From IMG/VR virus record IMGVR_UViG_3300041809_000571, positions 1-51,840 of that record: a stretch of 51,840 nt of DNA, one strand, 5' to 3'. Positions 9,517-17,847 of the stretch are shown here, piece by piece. The notes under the pieces are model-generated. The model ran no database searches. It had not been told where the DNA came from and saw nothing but the letters and a program-made list of their open reading frames with translations. Each line of letters starts with the position of its first letter. Positions within the stretch are counted from its first letter, which is position 1. The DNA comes from a virus. The position numbers and the translations under genes were made by a program.

Positions 9517-10260
9517 ATGAAGAAGCTTCTTTGCGGTATCGTGGTCCTGTTCCTCAGTCTTTGTGTCCCTGTTTATGCCCAGCACGGCGGAGGGGGTAGG
9601 TCAGCCTCACCCAGCGCCGGTCGAAGCGTAGGAAGCCATTCTAGCGCTCCTGCGGGGCATCCTAGCACAGTTCATAGCAATCAGGTCCGGGGAAACTACC
9701 ACGGCTCCTCTGAACGCCGGGCCGAGGCCAACGGGCAGCGGGCAGCCGGGATGGAACGCAGCCGCCCACCCCTACATATGGCTCCCGAGCATTACAACTC
9801 TTATTTTGGTCATGAACACCCCTTCCGTCCATGGCACTCCCACCCCTACCTTGGCTACTCCGGGTATGGCTGGCATCCCCATTTCTGGTACGGAGGATTT
9901 TATTGGGGTTTCTCTCTCTGGCCTTACGAGGTAGGACCCTACTGGTGGGGCTATGACGACCCCATCTATATCGTGGTGGAGACTGACGGTTGCTACTACG
10001 CCAAAGATGACGAACATCCGAATGACGAGATAAAGCTGACCGAGGCGTCCGTACAGGAGACGGGAACGGTCAAGATTGTGGATAAGGTCAAGGGTGATTC
10101 CATCTACATCGACAAGGCGCTGGCGGGCTACACGGGCGACCTTAAGAGCTTCCGGCTACCGGTCGGGGAACACAGCCTTGAAGTCAAAGGTCAGGGTCCG
10201 TACTTCGGTGAGGATATCATGGTGCTCGCCGACCATGAACTCACTGTACAGGTCCCTTAA
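9517..10260 (+). CDS. secreted protein with N-terminal signal peptide
   Basis: SD GGAGG 6 nt before ATG 9517; MKKLLCGIVVLFLSLCVPVYA signal-peptide-like N-terminus; His/Tyr/Trp-rich. Confidence 0.6.
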   Translation: MKKLLCGIVVLFLSLCVPVYAQHGGGGRSASPSAGRSVGSHSSAPAGHPSTVHSNQVRGNYHGSSERRAEANGQRAAGMERSRPPLHMAPEHYNSYFGHEHPFRPWHSHPYLGYSGYGWHPHFWYGGFYWGFSLWPYEVGPYWWGYDDPIYIVVETDGCYYAKDDEHPNDEIKLTEASVQETGTVKIVDKVKGDSIYIDKALAGYTGDLKSFRLPVGEHSLEVKGQGPYFGEDIMVLADHELTVQVP

Positions 10261-10588
10261 TGTCTAAGAAACCTCCGCAGTCGGCGCAGTACGTTACGGT
10301 GACCGGGTCACCAATGCGGAGGCTTTCCTCCACGCTCAGCATCCGGTTAAGGTCTTCCGGCTTGTAGTTCTTCAACTCCACAGGCCACATGGCGACATCC
10401 AGCTTCATGCACTCTTCGTAGGTGGTGCCAAGGTGAGGCCACAGGCCGAGTTCCAACACCTTAGTCACCGCTTCGTTGTTGCCCTCCACATCCACGATGA
10501 TGCAGCCGAACGCCTGTTGCCCCCGTGGCTTGCTCTTGTCGGCGAAGCTGAGCCATGTACCGATGGTCTGTACCTTCTTTTTTCTCAT
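10241..10588 (-). CDS. hypothetical protein
   Basis: ATG 10588 just after the upstream stop; GAGGTG SD; last gene of operon P1. Confidence 0.5.
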   Translation of the reverse strand: MRKKKVQTIGTWLSFADKSKPRGQQAFGCIIVDVEGNNEAVTKVLELGLWPHLGTTYEECMKLDVAMWPVELKNYKPEDLNRMLSVEESLRIGDPVTVTYCADCGGFLDIKGPVQ

Positions 10589-10590
10589 AG

Positions 10591-11031
10591 TCACCTCACA
10601 GGCCAGACATAGGGAAGATTATCTGGCTCCGTCCAGCCAAACTTACCATACCAATACCGGTTTTTTCGGAGCAGATTGCTGCGGTGCGAGGCATGAAACG
10701 CCTCATCCCTGAACCATGGTGGATACTGCCCATCGTAAATCTCGTCCGGGTAATCCTTGCCACTCTGCCATAGAGATGTTTTGAGCCGTTCCCCGACTTT
10801 GTACCCCCGGATAATCCACTCAAGCTGTATGTGGCTCCAGTATTCGCTGAGCGCCCATCCATACCCCCGCCACATTCGCACGGCGGGATGATTGCGCCAC
10901 GGGGAAACAGAAGCCGGGTCCCGAATGATTTCCCAAATCATCATGCATTCGAGTCGTTGTTTTCCAAGCCGCCTTACGTCAAGACATTGGGCGCTGCGCT
11001 CGAAGTCAGGATAGGGGAGGAACGTCTGCAT
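10591..11031 (-). CDS. hypothetical protein (start MQTFLPYPDFERS...)
   Basis: TGATG overlap with the stop of the radical-SAM gene; Trp-rich. Confidence 0.45.
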   Translation of the reverse strand: MQTFLPYPDFERSAQCLDVRRLGKQRLECMMIWEIIRDPASVSPWRNHPAVRMWRGYGWALSEYWSHIQLEWIIRGYKVGERLKTSLWQSGKDYPDEIYDGQYPPWFRDEAFHASHRSNLLRKNRYWYGKFGWTEPDNLPYVWPVR

Positions 11032-11864
11032 CAATGCTCTTTCTGCCATGCGGCTTCGTTTTCCACCAGCCGTTTCATGGCTTCCTTCTCGCCGCCGCAA
11101 GTCCAGTTGAGCCAGCAGGAACGGCAATTGGGGAGGAACACCTTGCTCATCCGCAGCCGGATTTCTTCCAGTTCCTCGAAGCCCCACCAGAGGTAGCCCA
11201 TGGGCCACGCTCCGAACTCACAGAAGGTGACCCTGCCATCTTCTAATACTGTCATGGATTGGTTTGCCCGGTGAGCGGCACAGAAGGCGGAGAACATGGT
11301 GAGTATGGGGTCACCGAGGTAATTGTCGTAGGCCCGGCCCACGGGAGCGATTGCTCGCTCTTCTTCCTTGGGGTCCTTGGTGGTGGTGAATCCCCAATCT
11401 TCGTTGACCTTGATTTGAGACTGGAGCCACTTCATGGCTTTGTCGCCCACCCCTGCCGGGTGGAAGCGGTCCCGGCTGATGCCGAAGTAGACCGGGAACC
11501 CCTCGCTGGTCAGCTTGCGCACGACACTGAGGAGTTTGGTCCGGGCCTTGGCGTTATTGACCCACCAGCCATTGGTGACGATACGCAGGGTGGTGAAGTG
11601 GAGAGCATCCAGAAGTTCCTCGTAGTTGGGGAGAAGGGTGATTTCACCGCCCATGACATTGAGCCAAGTGACGTGCCCCTCGAAGCAAGACCGGACCTGC
11701 CGGGCGATATCAAGGGACATCGCCTCAGTGCGTTTGGGTCCACACTCGAAACAGCAGTGCTCGCACGTGTAGCAGCACTTGGTGGTCAGGCGGATAGTAA
11801 TGACCCGGCCCTGCGGCGGTTTATCGGGCGAATTTGGCATCGTATGCTGCTTGGACTTTTGCAT
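11031..11864 (-). CDS. radical SAM domain protein
   Basis: CxxxCxxC cluster (TTKCCYTCEHCC), GGE motif (VMGGEITLLP), TNG motif (RIVTNGWW); start could instead be ATG 11840. Confidence 0.7.
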   Translation of the reverse strand: MQKSKQHTMPNSPDKPPQGRVITIRLTTKCCYTCEHCCFECGPKRTEAMSLDIARQVRSCFEGHVTWLNVMGGEITLLPNYEELLDALHFTTLRIVTNGWWVNNAKARTKLLSVVRKLTSEGFPVYFGISRDRFHPAGVGDKAMKWLQSQIKVNEDWGFTTTKDPKEEERAIAPVGRAYDNYLGDPILTMFSAFCAAHRANQSMTVLEDGRVTFCEFGAWPMGYLWWGFEELEEIRLRMSKVFLPNCRSCWLNWTCGGEKEAMKRLVENEAAWQKEH

Positions 11865-12105
11865 ATCTTTTTTCGTTTTCTGCTTTCGTCCACTTCCCCC
11901 GGCGAGGTCCTTCGGAGCAGCGGTGACACATGGGCTTGATTACATCCCAACCTTGGCTGACGAAGTAATCGAGCATCTGCTTCCGGGTGACGGCGGCGAT
12001 GTCATCGTAGTGTCGTTTCCCAATATGCCCCCTTTGGCATTGGATGACGGCGTGCCCGCCCGGTGAATCCCTGTCTGGTACCACCATGAGGTTATCGTTT
12101 TGCAT
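11821..12105 (-). CDS. hypothetical protein (Cys/His-containing)
   Basis: ATG 12105 with AAAGG SD directly after the upstream stop; the ORF-track TTG start at 12123 was rejected. Confidence 0.45.
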   Translation of the reverse strand: MQNDNLMVVPDRDSPGGHAVIQCQRGHIGKRHYDDIAAVTRKQMLDYFVSQGWDVIKPMCHRCSEGPRRGKWTKAENEKRYAKVQAAYDAKFAR

Positions 12106-12106
12106 A

Positions 12107-12325
12107 TCAACCTTTCGGTACAAAGGTAGTGCAGTTTTCCAGTATCTTGATGTGGTTCTTCCCGCCGTGAGCCAGCCAAGCCTCTTTCGCCTCTTCCTCG
12201 GCTTCCTCCATGGTCTGTTTGGACGTTACCAACATCCAGAAGTTTCCGTCAATATGAGCAAAGACCTTGAAGGGACGCTCATACTCACTTTCCTTCCGAG
12301 ATTTCTCCGCATCAGTGATGTCCAT
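12107..12325 (-). CDS. hypothetical small acidic protein
   Basis: SD GGGGGA; TAA-ATG adjacency with the upstream gene. Confidence 0.5.
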   Translation of the reverse strand: MDITDAEKSRKESEYERPFKVFAHIDGNFWMLVTSKQTMEEAEEEAKEAWLAHGGKNHIKILENCTTFVPKG

Positions 12326-12892
12326 TTATCCCCCGTTCCGGGAATCCTCATTCTTCGTGCCGGTGAAGCCGTTCTTCATCCACTCTTCCATGGAGAGCGG
12401 CTTGGGGCCGACCAGCGTGCTGATGGAGGGCATCCCCTCATCGTCTGCCCCGGCTGCGGCTTTGATGTTGTCCAGTTTCGTCTTAAGGCCCTTCAAGCGG
12501 TTCAGGGCGTCCACAACCTGTTCGGCGGGGATGCACACCTGCCGACCCTTGACGGTTTCCACGAGGATGGGATACCGGCGACGATTGGGCATCAGGCCGA
12601 TGATTTTGTACATCTTGCCGTAGACGTTGACCGTCTTGCCAAGGTCGGAGGGGTCCAGACCGTAGAAGTGAGCGGAGCGCTGAAAGTCCACGACTTCTTG
12701 CCGGGTCGCTGCCGTTGCACCATCCTGCACCACGTTGAACTCCACCTTTAAGCGGTAATTGGTCGGAGAGAAGGTGCCGTTGCCTCGCACGAGGCTGAGT
12801 CCGTATTTCTTGGCGACTGGCTCCAGAGCAGCAGAAACTTCCGCTGCAAGAACTCGCAAATTGGTGCGGTCGAAGGTTTTAATCGTTGGCAT
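12326..12892 (-). CDS. hypothetical protein
   Basis: SD AAAAAGGAG; 188 aa. Confidence 0.55.
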   Translation of the reverse strand: MPTIKTFDRTNLRVLAAEVSAALEPVAKKYGLSLVRGNGTFSPTNYRLKVEFNVVQDGATAATRQEVVDFQRSAHFYGLDPSDLGKTVNVYGKMYKIIGLMPNRRRYPILVETVKGRQVCIPAEQVVDALNRLKGLKTKLDNIKAAAGADDEGMPSISTLVGPKPLSMEEWMKNGFTGTKNEDSRNGG

Positions 12893-13031
12893 TGGGTCGC
12901 TCCTTTTTGGGCTTCTCCTGCACCGGGTGAACCTCTTTGGGTTTCCCGCAATGGCAGCACCCCGGACCGGTGTAGGTCGGATGCTCCGTGTAGGGATGAT
13001 TCTCGGGTTTGTAGAAACTTGGGTCGGTCAC
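12879..13031 (-). CDS. small Cys-containing protein (GPGCCHCGKP), GTG start
   Basis: GGAGAG SD then GTG overlapping the upstream TGA (GTGA); 50 aa; not in the ORF track because it is shorter than 60 aa. Confidence 0.3.
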   Translation of the reverse strand: MTDPSFYKPENHPYTEHPTYTGPGCCHCGKPKEVHPVQEKPKKERPNAND

Positions 13032-13462
13032 TGATTCTCTCCGGGATAAGGCGTCATGTGGGACACCTTGTAAGTGTCGGTCAGGGGAACGGTAATGAGC
13101 TTGTTCGCCTCCCGAGCTTCTTTCTCGGCGGCGATACGAGCGATGTTAGCGGCTCTCTCGGCCCGGATGACTTTGGCTTCCTCACGGGTCGCCAGCCGTC
13201 TGCGGTATCCGTCAAAACCGGTGTTCACTGTCTCGGGCTTAGTTTTCTTCCAGCTTCGGATAGTCCGGCTGTAGAACCTCTCCGGGCGGTTGCCGTTCCA
13301 GCTTGCCAGAACGTACTCGGAGTGCATACTGCCCTCTTCCCGAGGGTGGACTTCCACGATGCGCACGGGAAAGATAGCCACGGTGGAGATTGTGGTGTTT
13401 CCCATCTTCTGTCGCTGCACGTTCCAGACAGTCTGTCCGGGCTGGAGATTTTTGATGTTCAT
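13028..13462 (-). CDS. hypothetical protein (first gene of operon P1)
   Basis: ATG 13462 lies 9 nt after the GGGAGG of the promoter cassette; the ORF-track N-terminal extension runs through the promoter. Confidence 0.55.
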   Translation of the reverse strand: MNIKNLQPGQTVWNVQRQKMGNTTISTVAIFPVRIVEVHPREEGSMHSEYVLASWNGNRPERFYSRTIRSWKKTKPETVNTGFDGYRRRLATREEAKVIRAERAANIARIAAEKEAREANKLITVPLTDTYKVSHMTPYPGENQ

Positions 13463-13471
13463 TCGGCAATT

Positions 13472-13495
13472 CCTCCCACTCTCAGTATACCACGG
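13472..13495 (-). promoter_or_regulatory. conserved promoter+SD cassette P1 (ccgTGGTATACTgagagtGGGAGG)
   Basis: extended -10 TGGTATACT, then GGGAGG SD, ATG 9 nt later. Confidence 0.6.
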
Positions 13496-13518
13496 GGGAA
13501 CAGGTTTTGAAATAAAAT

Positions 13519-14247
13519 TTAGGACTTGGCACGAAGAGCCGCCACTTTTTCCAAGGCCAGCCGGGCAATCCGTTCGTTCTCTGCGATGCACTTCTCAGTC
13601 GCTCCGGGGTGTTCCTTGTAGGCGGACGTGGTGCCACGGTTCGTCAGGACGAGGTTCGCCGTTTCCTCAATGGCGTCCAACCAATCGGGCTGGATGTCGT
13701 CCGGGAAGTTAATTAGGTTCGAGTACGGCGCATATGCCGGGTACCAGTTGGTGTAATTTGTGTCTTTCAGCCGCTCGTCAATGTTATCCGGGACGCAGTA
13801 TTCCCACTTTTCATCCTCTGCCATCCGGTCCAACAGGGCCTTATGCTCGGCGGCTCGCTCCGCCTGAATCCGCTCGTACTTTTCCGGGTCCTGCTCCCGG
13901 CGCTTGCGTTCCTCCAAGATGATTTCGTCAATCATGGCGTCCAGCTTGGCATCTTCCTCAATCTCTTTGGGGGTTTGGGGGCGAAATTGAAGTTCCCGTT
14001 CTCGCTCCGCTTCCCATAGGACCTTCCGCTCTTTGTCTTGGCGTCGGCGGTCGAAGATGGCAGCGATGACCTGTGAGGCGGTCAGTCCGGGGGTATCCTC
14101 CCTCCCGCACACGTCCACCAATTGTCCGTCAATCCACTCATACCCGTTTCCGATGGTCATGAACAGGTGGTCTAAGGCGGCGGCACGATTGGGGAAGATG
14201 CAGGAAAAGGCACCACACGATACGAGCAGGGTATCCGCAACATTCAT
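13519..14247 (-). CDS. hypothetical protein
   Basis: ATG 14247 follows cassette P2 (GGAGGaattaccgacATG). Confidence 0.55.
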   Translation of the reverse strand: MNVADTLLVSCGAFSCIFPNRAAALDHLFMTIGNGYEWIDGQLVDVCGREDTPGLTASQVIAAIFDRRRQDKERKVLWEAERERELQFRPQTPKEIEEDAKLDAMIDEIILEERKRREQDPEKYERIQAERAAEHKALLDRMAEDEKWEYCVPDNIDERLKDTNYTNWYPAYAPYSNLINFPDDIQPDWLDAIEETANLVLTNRGTTSAYKEHPGATEKCIAENERIARLALEKVAALRAKS

Positions 14248-14257
14248 GTCGGTAATT

Positions 14258-14280
14258 CCTCCACTATCAGTATACCACGG
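14258..14280 (-). promoter_or_regulatory. conserved promoter+SD cassette P2
   Basis: ccgTGGTATACTgatagtGGAGG. Confidence 0.6.
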
Positions 14281-14297
14281 GATGGGAGTTCTTGAGA

Positions 14298-14783
14298 CTA
14301 TTTTCCATAGGGGGCTTCAACGGCATACCCCGCTGCATTTCGGAGGCCATAAATGCTGCCCCCGAGGGCGAATTCCGCCGCCTCCCGGAGCATCATTGCC
14401 AGCGCCAAGGCTTGCTTGGGGGTAAGGCAGTGGGGAGAGTCCATTTTCACGCACCCACTCAAAGTGTAGGTGTCCCCGATTACCTTGGTGCCGGGGCAGG
14501 CGTGAATGTGGGTGATGACCTCGTGGTCCTTGTAGACCGTACTGGTCAGCCCACCGTTCTCCATGAGCAGCCAGAATATCTCGGCGTCACCCTTGGCGAG
14601 TTCCAGCATCCGAATGCCTTCACGGGCTTCATCCACCGTCTGGAACCAGCAGGCTCCCGGCATGGGATTGATGCCACCCTTGCTGACCCAAAAGCCGTAG
14701 CGGTCTTTCTCAGGCCACGTGGGTTGTTCCCGAGGCCAAATCTTGTATCCGAGGTACTCAACCGTCTGTGTTTCCTTTGGCAT
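14298..14783 (-). CDS. hypothetical protein
   Basis: ATG 14783 preceded by TAGGAGAcgac (upstream stop, then SD). Confidence 0.5.
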   Translation of the reverse strand: MPKETQTVEYLGYKIWPREQPTWPEKDRYGFWVSKGGINPMPGACWFQTVDEAREGIRMLELAKGDAEIFWLLMENGGLTSTVYKDHEVITHIHACPGTKVIGDTYTLSGCVKMDSPHCLTPKQALALAMMLREAAEFALGGSIYGLRNAAGYAVEAPYGK

Positions 14784-14791
14784 GTCGTCTC

Positions 14792-15436
14792 CTACCAGCG
14801 GCGTCTGCGCCGGGGTTTTCGATTGGGGTCCGGGGGTTGCGGGGGCGGTACCGGCTTGAGTTCTTTCAGCACCCACGTGTCCACCCGCTCTTGCTGCCAA
14901 GCGATGTAGCGTTCAAGCTCTTTCTTTTGAAGGGCAAGGTGCCGCTCCACGTACACGGTGTTCTGTTTGGTCATGGTATCGAGGATTTCCTGCTCGCTGT
15001 GGGCGGACCAAGAGCCGAACCGTTCCTTTTTGCCCTCGTAGTTGATGTAGAACAGGTTCCACCAACCCTCTTGACCCTCTTCGAGCCATTCGGGTTTGAC
15101 GAATTCGGCGACGACTTCAACCTCACGCCACACGTAGCCGCTGCGAATCTGGATGCTGCCTTTGCGGTACTCGTGGTACCAGCACTTGTGCTCGGTCGCC
15201 GGGACGAGGGCCTTTTCAATCGCAACCTCAACCATGGCGAGGGTTTCTTTGGCGCTGTCGATGAACTTTTGAATGAGGGAGCAGTCCTGCTCGTAGGGTT
15301 TGTACCCGGCTCCACGGCAGATACCGTTGAAGAAGCCCCAACGGACATCATAACCGTGCAATGATAATACGTCTTTTGGAAGTTTCTGTTCGTTACCGCA
15401 GCACTGGCAGGAACCGACGTGGGTTGCTTTTTTCAA
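14792..15436 (-). CDS. hypothetical protein with basic Pro-rich C-terminus (TTG start)
   Basis: TTG at 15436 is spaced after cassette P3 exactly as the ATG is after P9 (GGGAGGaaacaccTTG). Confidence 0.45.
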   Translation of the reverse strand: MKKATHVGSCQCCGNEQKLPKDVLSLHGYDVRWGFFNGICRGAGYKPYEQDCSLIQKFIDSAKETLAMVEVAIEKALVPATEHKCWYHEYRKGSIQIRSGYVWREVEVVAEFVKPEWLEEGQEGWWNLFYINYEGKKERFGSWSAHSEQEILDTMTKQNTVYVERHLALQKKELERYIAWQQERVDTWVLKELKPVPPPQPPDPNRKPRRRRRW

Positions 15437-15443
15437 GGTGTTT

Positions 15444-15466
15444 CCTCCCACTCTCAGTATACCACG
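15444..15466 (-). promoter_or_regulatory. conserved promoter+SD cassette P3
   Basis: tcgTGGTATACTgagagtGGGAGG. Confidence 0.6.
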
Positions 15467-15487
15467 AGCGGGAGGATTACCAGAGAA

Positions 15488-15727
15488 TTATTTTATCAAT
15501 CTTCGGCCTTCAATCTTCACAACAAAGGGTCCGCACACCGCTACTCCCTTTTTGTTCACCGCCGCCTTCCGAGCCATCCCCCGCAGGTATTCGATGTCGG
15601 CGGAAATGGAGTAGTTGAGTTCTTCCCAATGTTCTCCCGTGTTGGTGGAGCGGGGAACGTCCCTCGGATGGGTCATCCGCCGCATGGCTTGCAGGTTTTC
15701 ATACAGCCGCCACATTTCCCTTGCCAT
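15488..15727 (-). CDS. hypothetical small protein
   Basis: ATG 15727 after GAGGAGGG SD; overlaps the upstream gene by 29 nt. Confidence 0.4.
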   Translation of the reverse strand: MAREMWRLYENLQAMRRMTHPRDVPRSTNTGEHWEELNYSISADIEYLRGMARKAAVNKKGVAVCGPFVVKIEGRRLIK

Positions 15728-15911
15728 CGGTTCCCTCCTCGAAGTTTTTGTCGAAGTAGTTGGCGTTGAGTTCCCGGATGCCACTGTCAACGAATGCGTG
15801 CCATGTGAAACACCCGAATTCCGGGGACTCCAACAGTTGGTGAAGTTTACGGACGCTCTCCCGGACCGCTTGATACCGGGGACCACCTTGGTCAGCCATT
15901 GATTCTGCCAT
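15699..15911 (-). CDS. hypothetical small protein
   Basis: SD GGAGGGAAGG; TGATG coupling with the upstream gene. Confidence 0.45.
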   Translation of the reverse strand: MAESMADQGGPRYQAVRESVRKLHQLLESPEFGCFTWHAFVDSGIRELNANYFDKNFEEGTDGKGNVAAV

Positions 15912-16207
15912 CAGCCTTCCCTCCGTTCCAACCGGGCGAGGCCCTTAGCCACATGCTCGTGGACGAACCGGGCCTTGTCGTCGCTGATTAACATTCCGCC
16001 GTCTGTTCCTCCTACCCGTTCGACCAGCCCGTTGGAGCACACGCTGTACCGGTCGCCCTTCCACGTAAACCGAAGGGAGGCTACCCGGATGTCAAGGTCG
16101 GAGATATGTTTGGCGTGCGGCAAGTTGCTGATGACCGCCTCCAGCAGTTGGACCGGCGAATAACACTTGAACATCCTCATGCCATCAACAACGACTTTGG
16201 TTCCCAT
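15911..16207 (-). CDS. hypothetical protein
   Basis: second ATG of GGAGGaATGATG chosen; TGATG coupling. Confidence 0.45.
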   Translation of the reverse strand: MGTKVVVDGMRMFKCYSPVQLLEAVISNLPHAKHISDLDIRVASLRFTWKGDRYSVCSNGLVERVGGTDGGMLISDDKARFVHEHVAKGLARLERREG

Positions 16208-16494
16208 CATTCCTCCACTGTTGCCGCTACAGGCGGGTCGCCCGCCTCTTCCAGAGTCTCGGGTTTGCCGGTCCATTCCGTCTCGGGCCGGGTACGTCCG
16301 AGGTTCTTGTCAAGCTGAGCCGCCTTGCGGACCCCGCTCTCCATCCGCTTCTTCCAGCCGGGGTGCCGGGCGTAATCCTGTTCCGTCAGGCATTCCTTAC
16401 ATGCCAGAAATCCTTCCCATGCTCCTGGCTTCCCTCGGGCCGTCAAATACTTCCCTTCGCCGGAATGTGGGCATTCCTTCGCAGCAGTCGCCAT
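16207..16494 (-). CDS. hypothetical protein (first gene of operon P4, long leader)
   Basis: GGAGGcagactATG; about 50-nt leader after cassette P4. Confidence 0.5.
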   Translation of the reverse strand: MATAAKECPHSGEGKYLTARGKPGAWEGFLACKECLTEQDYARHPGWKKRMESGVRKAAQLDKNLGRTRPETEWTGKPETLEEAGDPPVAATVEE

Positions 16495-16534
16495 AGTCTG
16501 CCTCCGTTGGATTTAGTAGGGGAGATTTCACCTT

Positions 16535-16557
16535 CTCCCATTATCAGTATACCACGG
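16535..16557 (-). promoter_or_regulatory. conserved promoter cassette P4 (variant)
   Basis: ccgTGGTATACTgataatGGGAGA. Confidence 0.55.
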
Positions 16558-16581
16558 AGAGAGCCAATTACGACGGAATTT

Positions 16582-16872
16582 TTAGAAGCTAAGTTCTTGC
16601 AGCTTCTTGATTTGCTTCCTGAGACTGATAATCTTCTTCACCCGCATGGTGTCCGCCCGGACCTGTGCTTCCGCTAAGGTGCGGTGCCACTCCTTGCCCT
16701 CGCCATGGAAGTTCTGGCTTCCCCAATCCAGCTTGACGCTGACCATCCGCTGACCGGCAGGAACATCCTCAAAGGTCTTGCCCGCAGAGGATAATTCCCA
16801 AGGAACGTATGGCTCCGCCTCCATCTCCTGAATGCCCTCACTGAGGGCATACTTGCTGACAAAGATTTTCAT
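16582..16872 (-). CDS. hypothetical protein
   Basis: ATGA overlap with 16869..17282; GAGAGG SD 9 nt upstream. Confidence 0.45.
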   Translation of the reverse strand: MKIFVSKYALSEGIQEMEAEPYVPWELSSAGKTFEDVPAGQRMVSVKLDWGSQNFHGEGKEWHRTLAEAQVRADTMRVKKIISLRKQIKKLQELSF

Positions 16873-17282
16873 TTCACCCATCCTCTCGCTCGGGCACGTG
16901 CCAGAGCCTCTCGTTGCCGTTTTCTCTCCCGCCACTCCGCCGCTCTCTTGTCGGCCTCCAGATAGGCCGTTCTTTCGTCTGTAACGGCCTTTATGAAGCC
17001 TCGGGGGAAGATAACCCGTACTCGGACGCCGTAAAGCTCCCGGAGCGTCCTGACGGCTCCCTGTAGCTGGTAAACCTGATTCAGCTTCTTGGAGTTCAGG
17101 ACCCGCTTGGGGAGCCGGGGGACGGGCGTGGCTTTGCCCACCACGTCGTCATACTCCCGGAAGGCGTACTCCCACTCCTCCCGTAGCTCCTCTTTGCCCG
17201 GCGTCTTGTCAAACCAGTGATAGCACTCGCTGTGACCCATACGACCGGGGCCATGCTGGCTCGTGAATTTGTACCAAGGCAT
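16869..17282 (-). CDS. hypothetical protein (basic C-terminus)
   Basis: SD GAGGAGG 4 nt before ATG. Confidence 0.5.
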   Translation of the reverse strand: MPWYKFTSQHGPGRMGHSECYHWFDKTPGKEELREEWEYAFREYDDVVGKATPVPRLPKRVLNSKKLNQVYQLQGAVRTLRELYGVRVRVIFPRGFIKAVTDERTAYLEADKRAAEWRERKRQREALARARARGWVK

Positions 17283-17291
17283 AAAGCCTCC

Positions 17292-17585
17292 TCACCATCC
17301 GTTGTAGAAGCGCAGGACGGTTACGTCCTTGGGCAGCTTCTTCAAGTCAACTTCGTAGCCTTGAGCGTCCCCGGTGGAGTTCCGCCACGGCTTGAGGCAA
17401 CCATCCTTGCCTTCGGGCAGGTCCACTTCGACACCCTGTGGGTCCGGCTCTTCTCCCTCGAAGAATTTCTCCACTTCCTTGGGTGGAGCTATCCCGGCCT
17501 CAGCGCACTGACGCCATATGGCGGCGTATTTCTTGAACTTTTCGTCCGGGGGTCGAAAGCCCTGCACTACGGTTGACATGCTCAT
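17292..17585 (-). CDS. hypothetical small acidic protein
   Basis: ORF-track ORF; its start overlaps 17500..17847 by 86 nt. Confidence 0.4.
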   Translation of the reverse strand: MSMSTVVQGFRPPDEKFKKYAAIWRQCAEAGIAPPKEVEKFFEGEEPDPQGVEVDLPEGKDGCLKPWRNSTGDAQGYEVDLKKLPKDVTVLRFYNGW

Positions 17586-17847
17586 GACTTTTCTCCTTGA
17601 GTCGTTTTTCTTCCATTTGCTTGCGCCTGATTCCTTCCCATCCGATGGTCAGGACATCATGCAGAAGGGGACTGACGCCCCCGAACCATTCCTCCTGCGT
17701 AACCTCGGGATGTTCCGCCCGGCTGACCTTGCACACGGGGCAGGTCATCGTCATGTGGCGGACGGCGCATCCCTTGCGCCCCTCGGGGCAAGGCAGGCTC
17801 ACTCTGCACCAGTCATCCGCTCCCCGGCATGGATATTGGCTGCTCAT
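17500..17847 (-). CDS. Cys-rich zinc-binding hypothetical protein
   Basis: ATGA overlap with the ligase stop; CRGADDWCRVSLPCPEGRKGCAVRHMTMTCPVC. Confidence 0.45.
   Translation of the reverse strand: MSSQYPCRGADDWCRVSLPCPEGRKGCAVRHMTMTCPVCKVSRAEHPEVTQEEWFGGVSPLLHDVLTIGWEGIRRKQMEEKRLKEKSHEHVNRSAGLSTPGRKVQEIRRHMASVR

Noticed and set aside
12748-12960. ORF 12748..12960 (-)
   Set aside because: It overlaps the well-supported gene 12326..12892 and the small GTG-initiated gene 12879..13031 in another frame. It has no SD.
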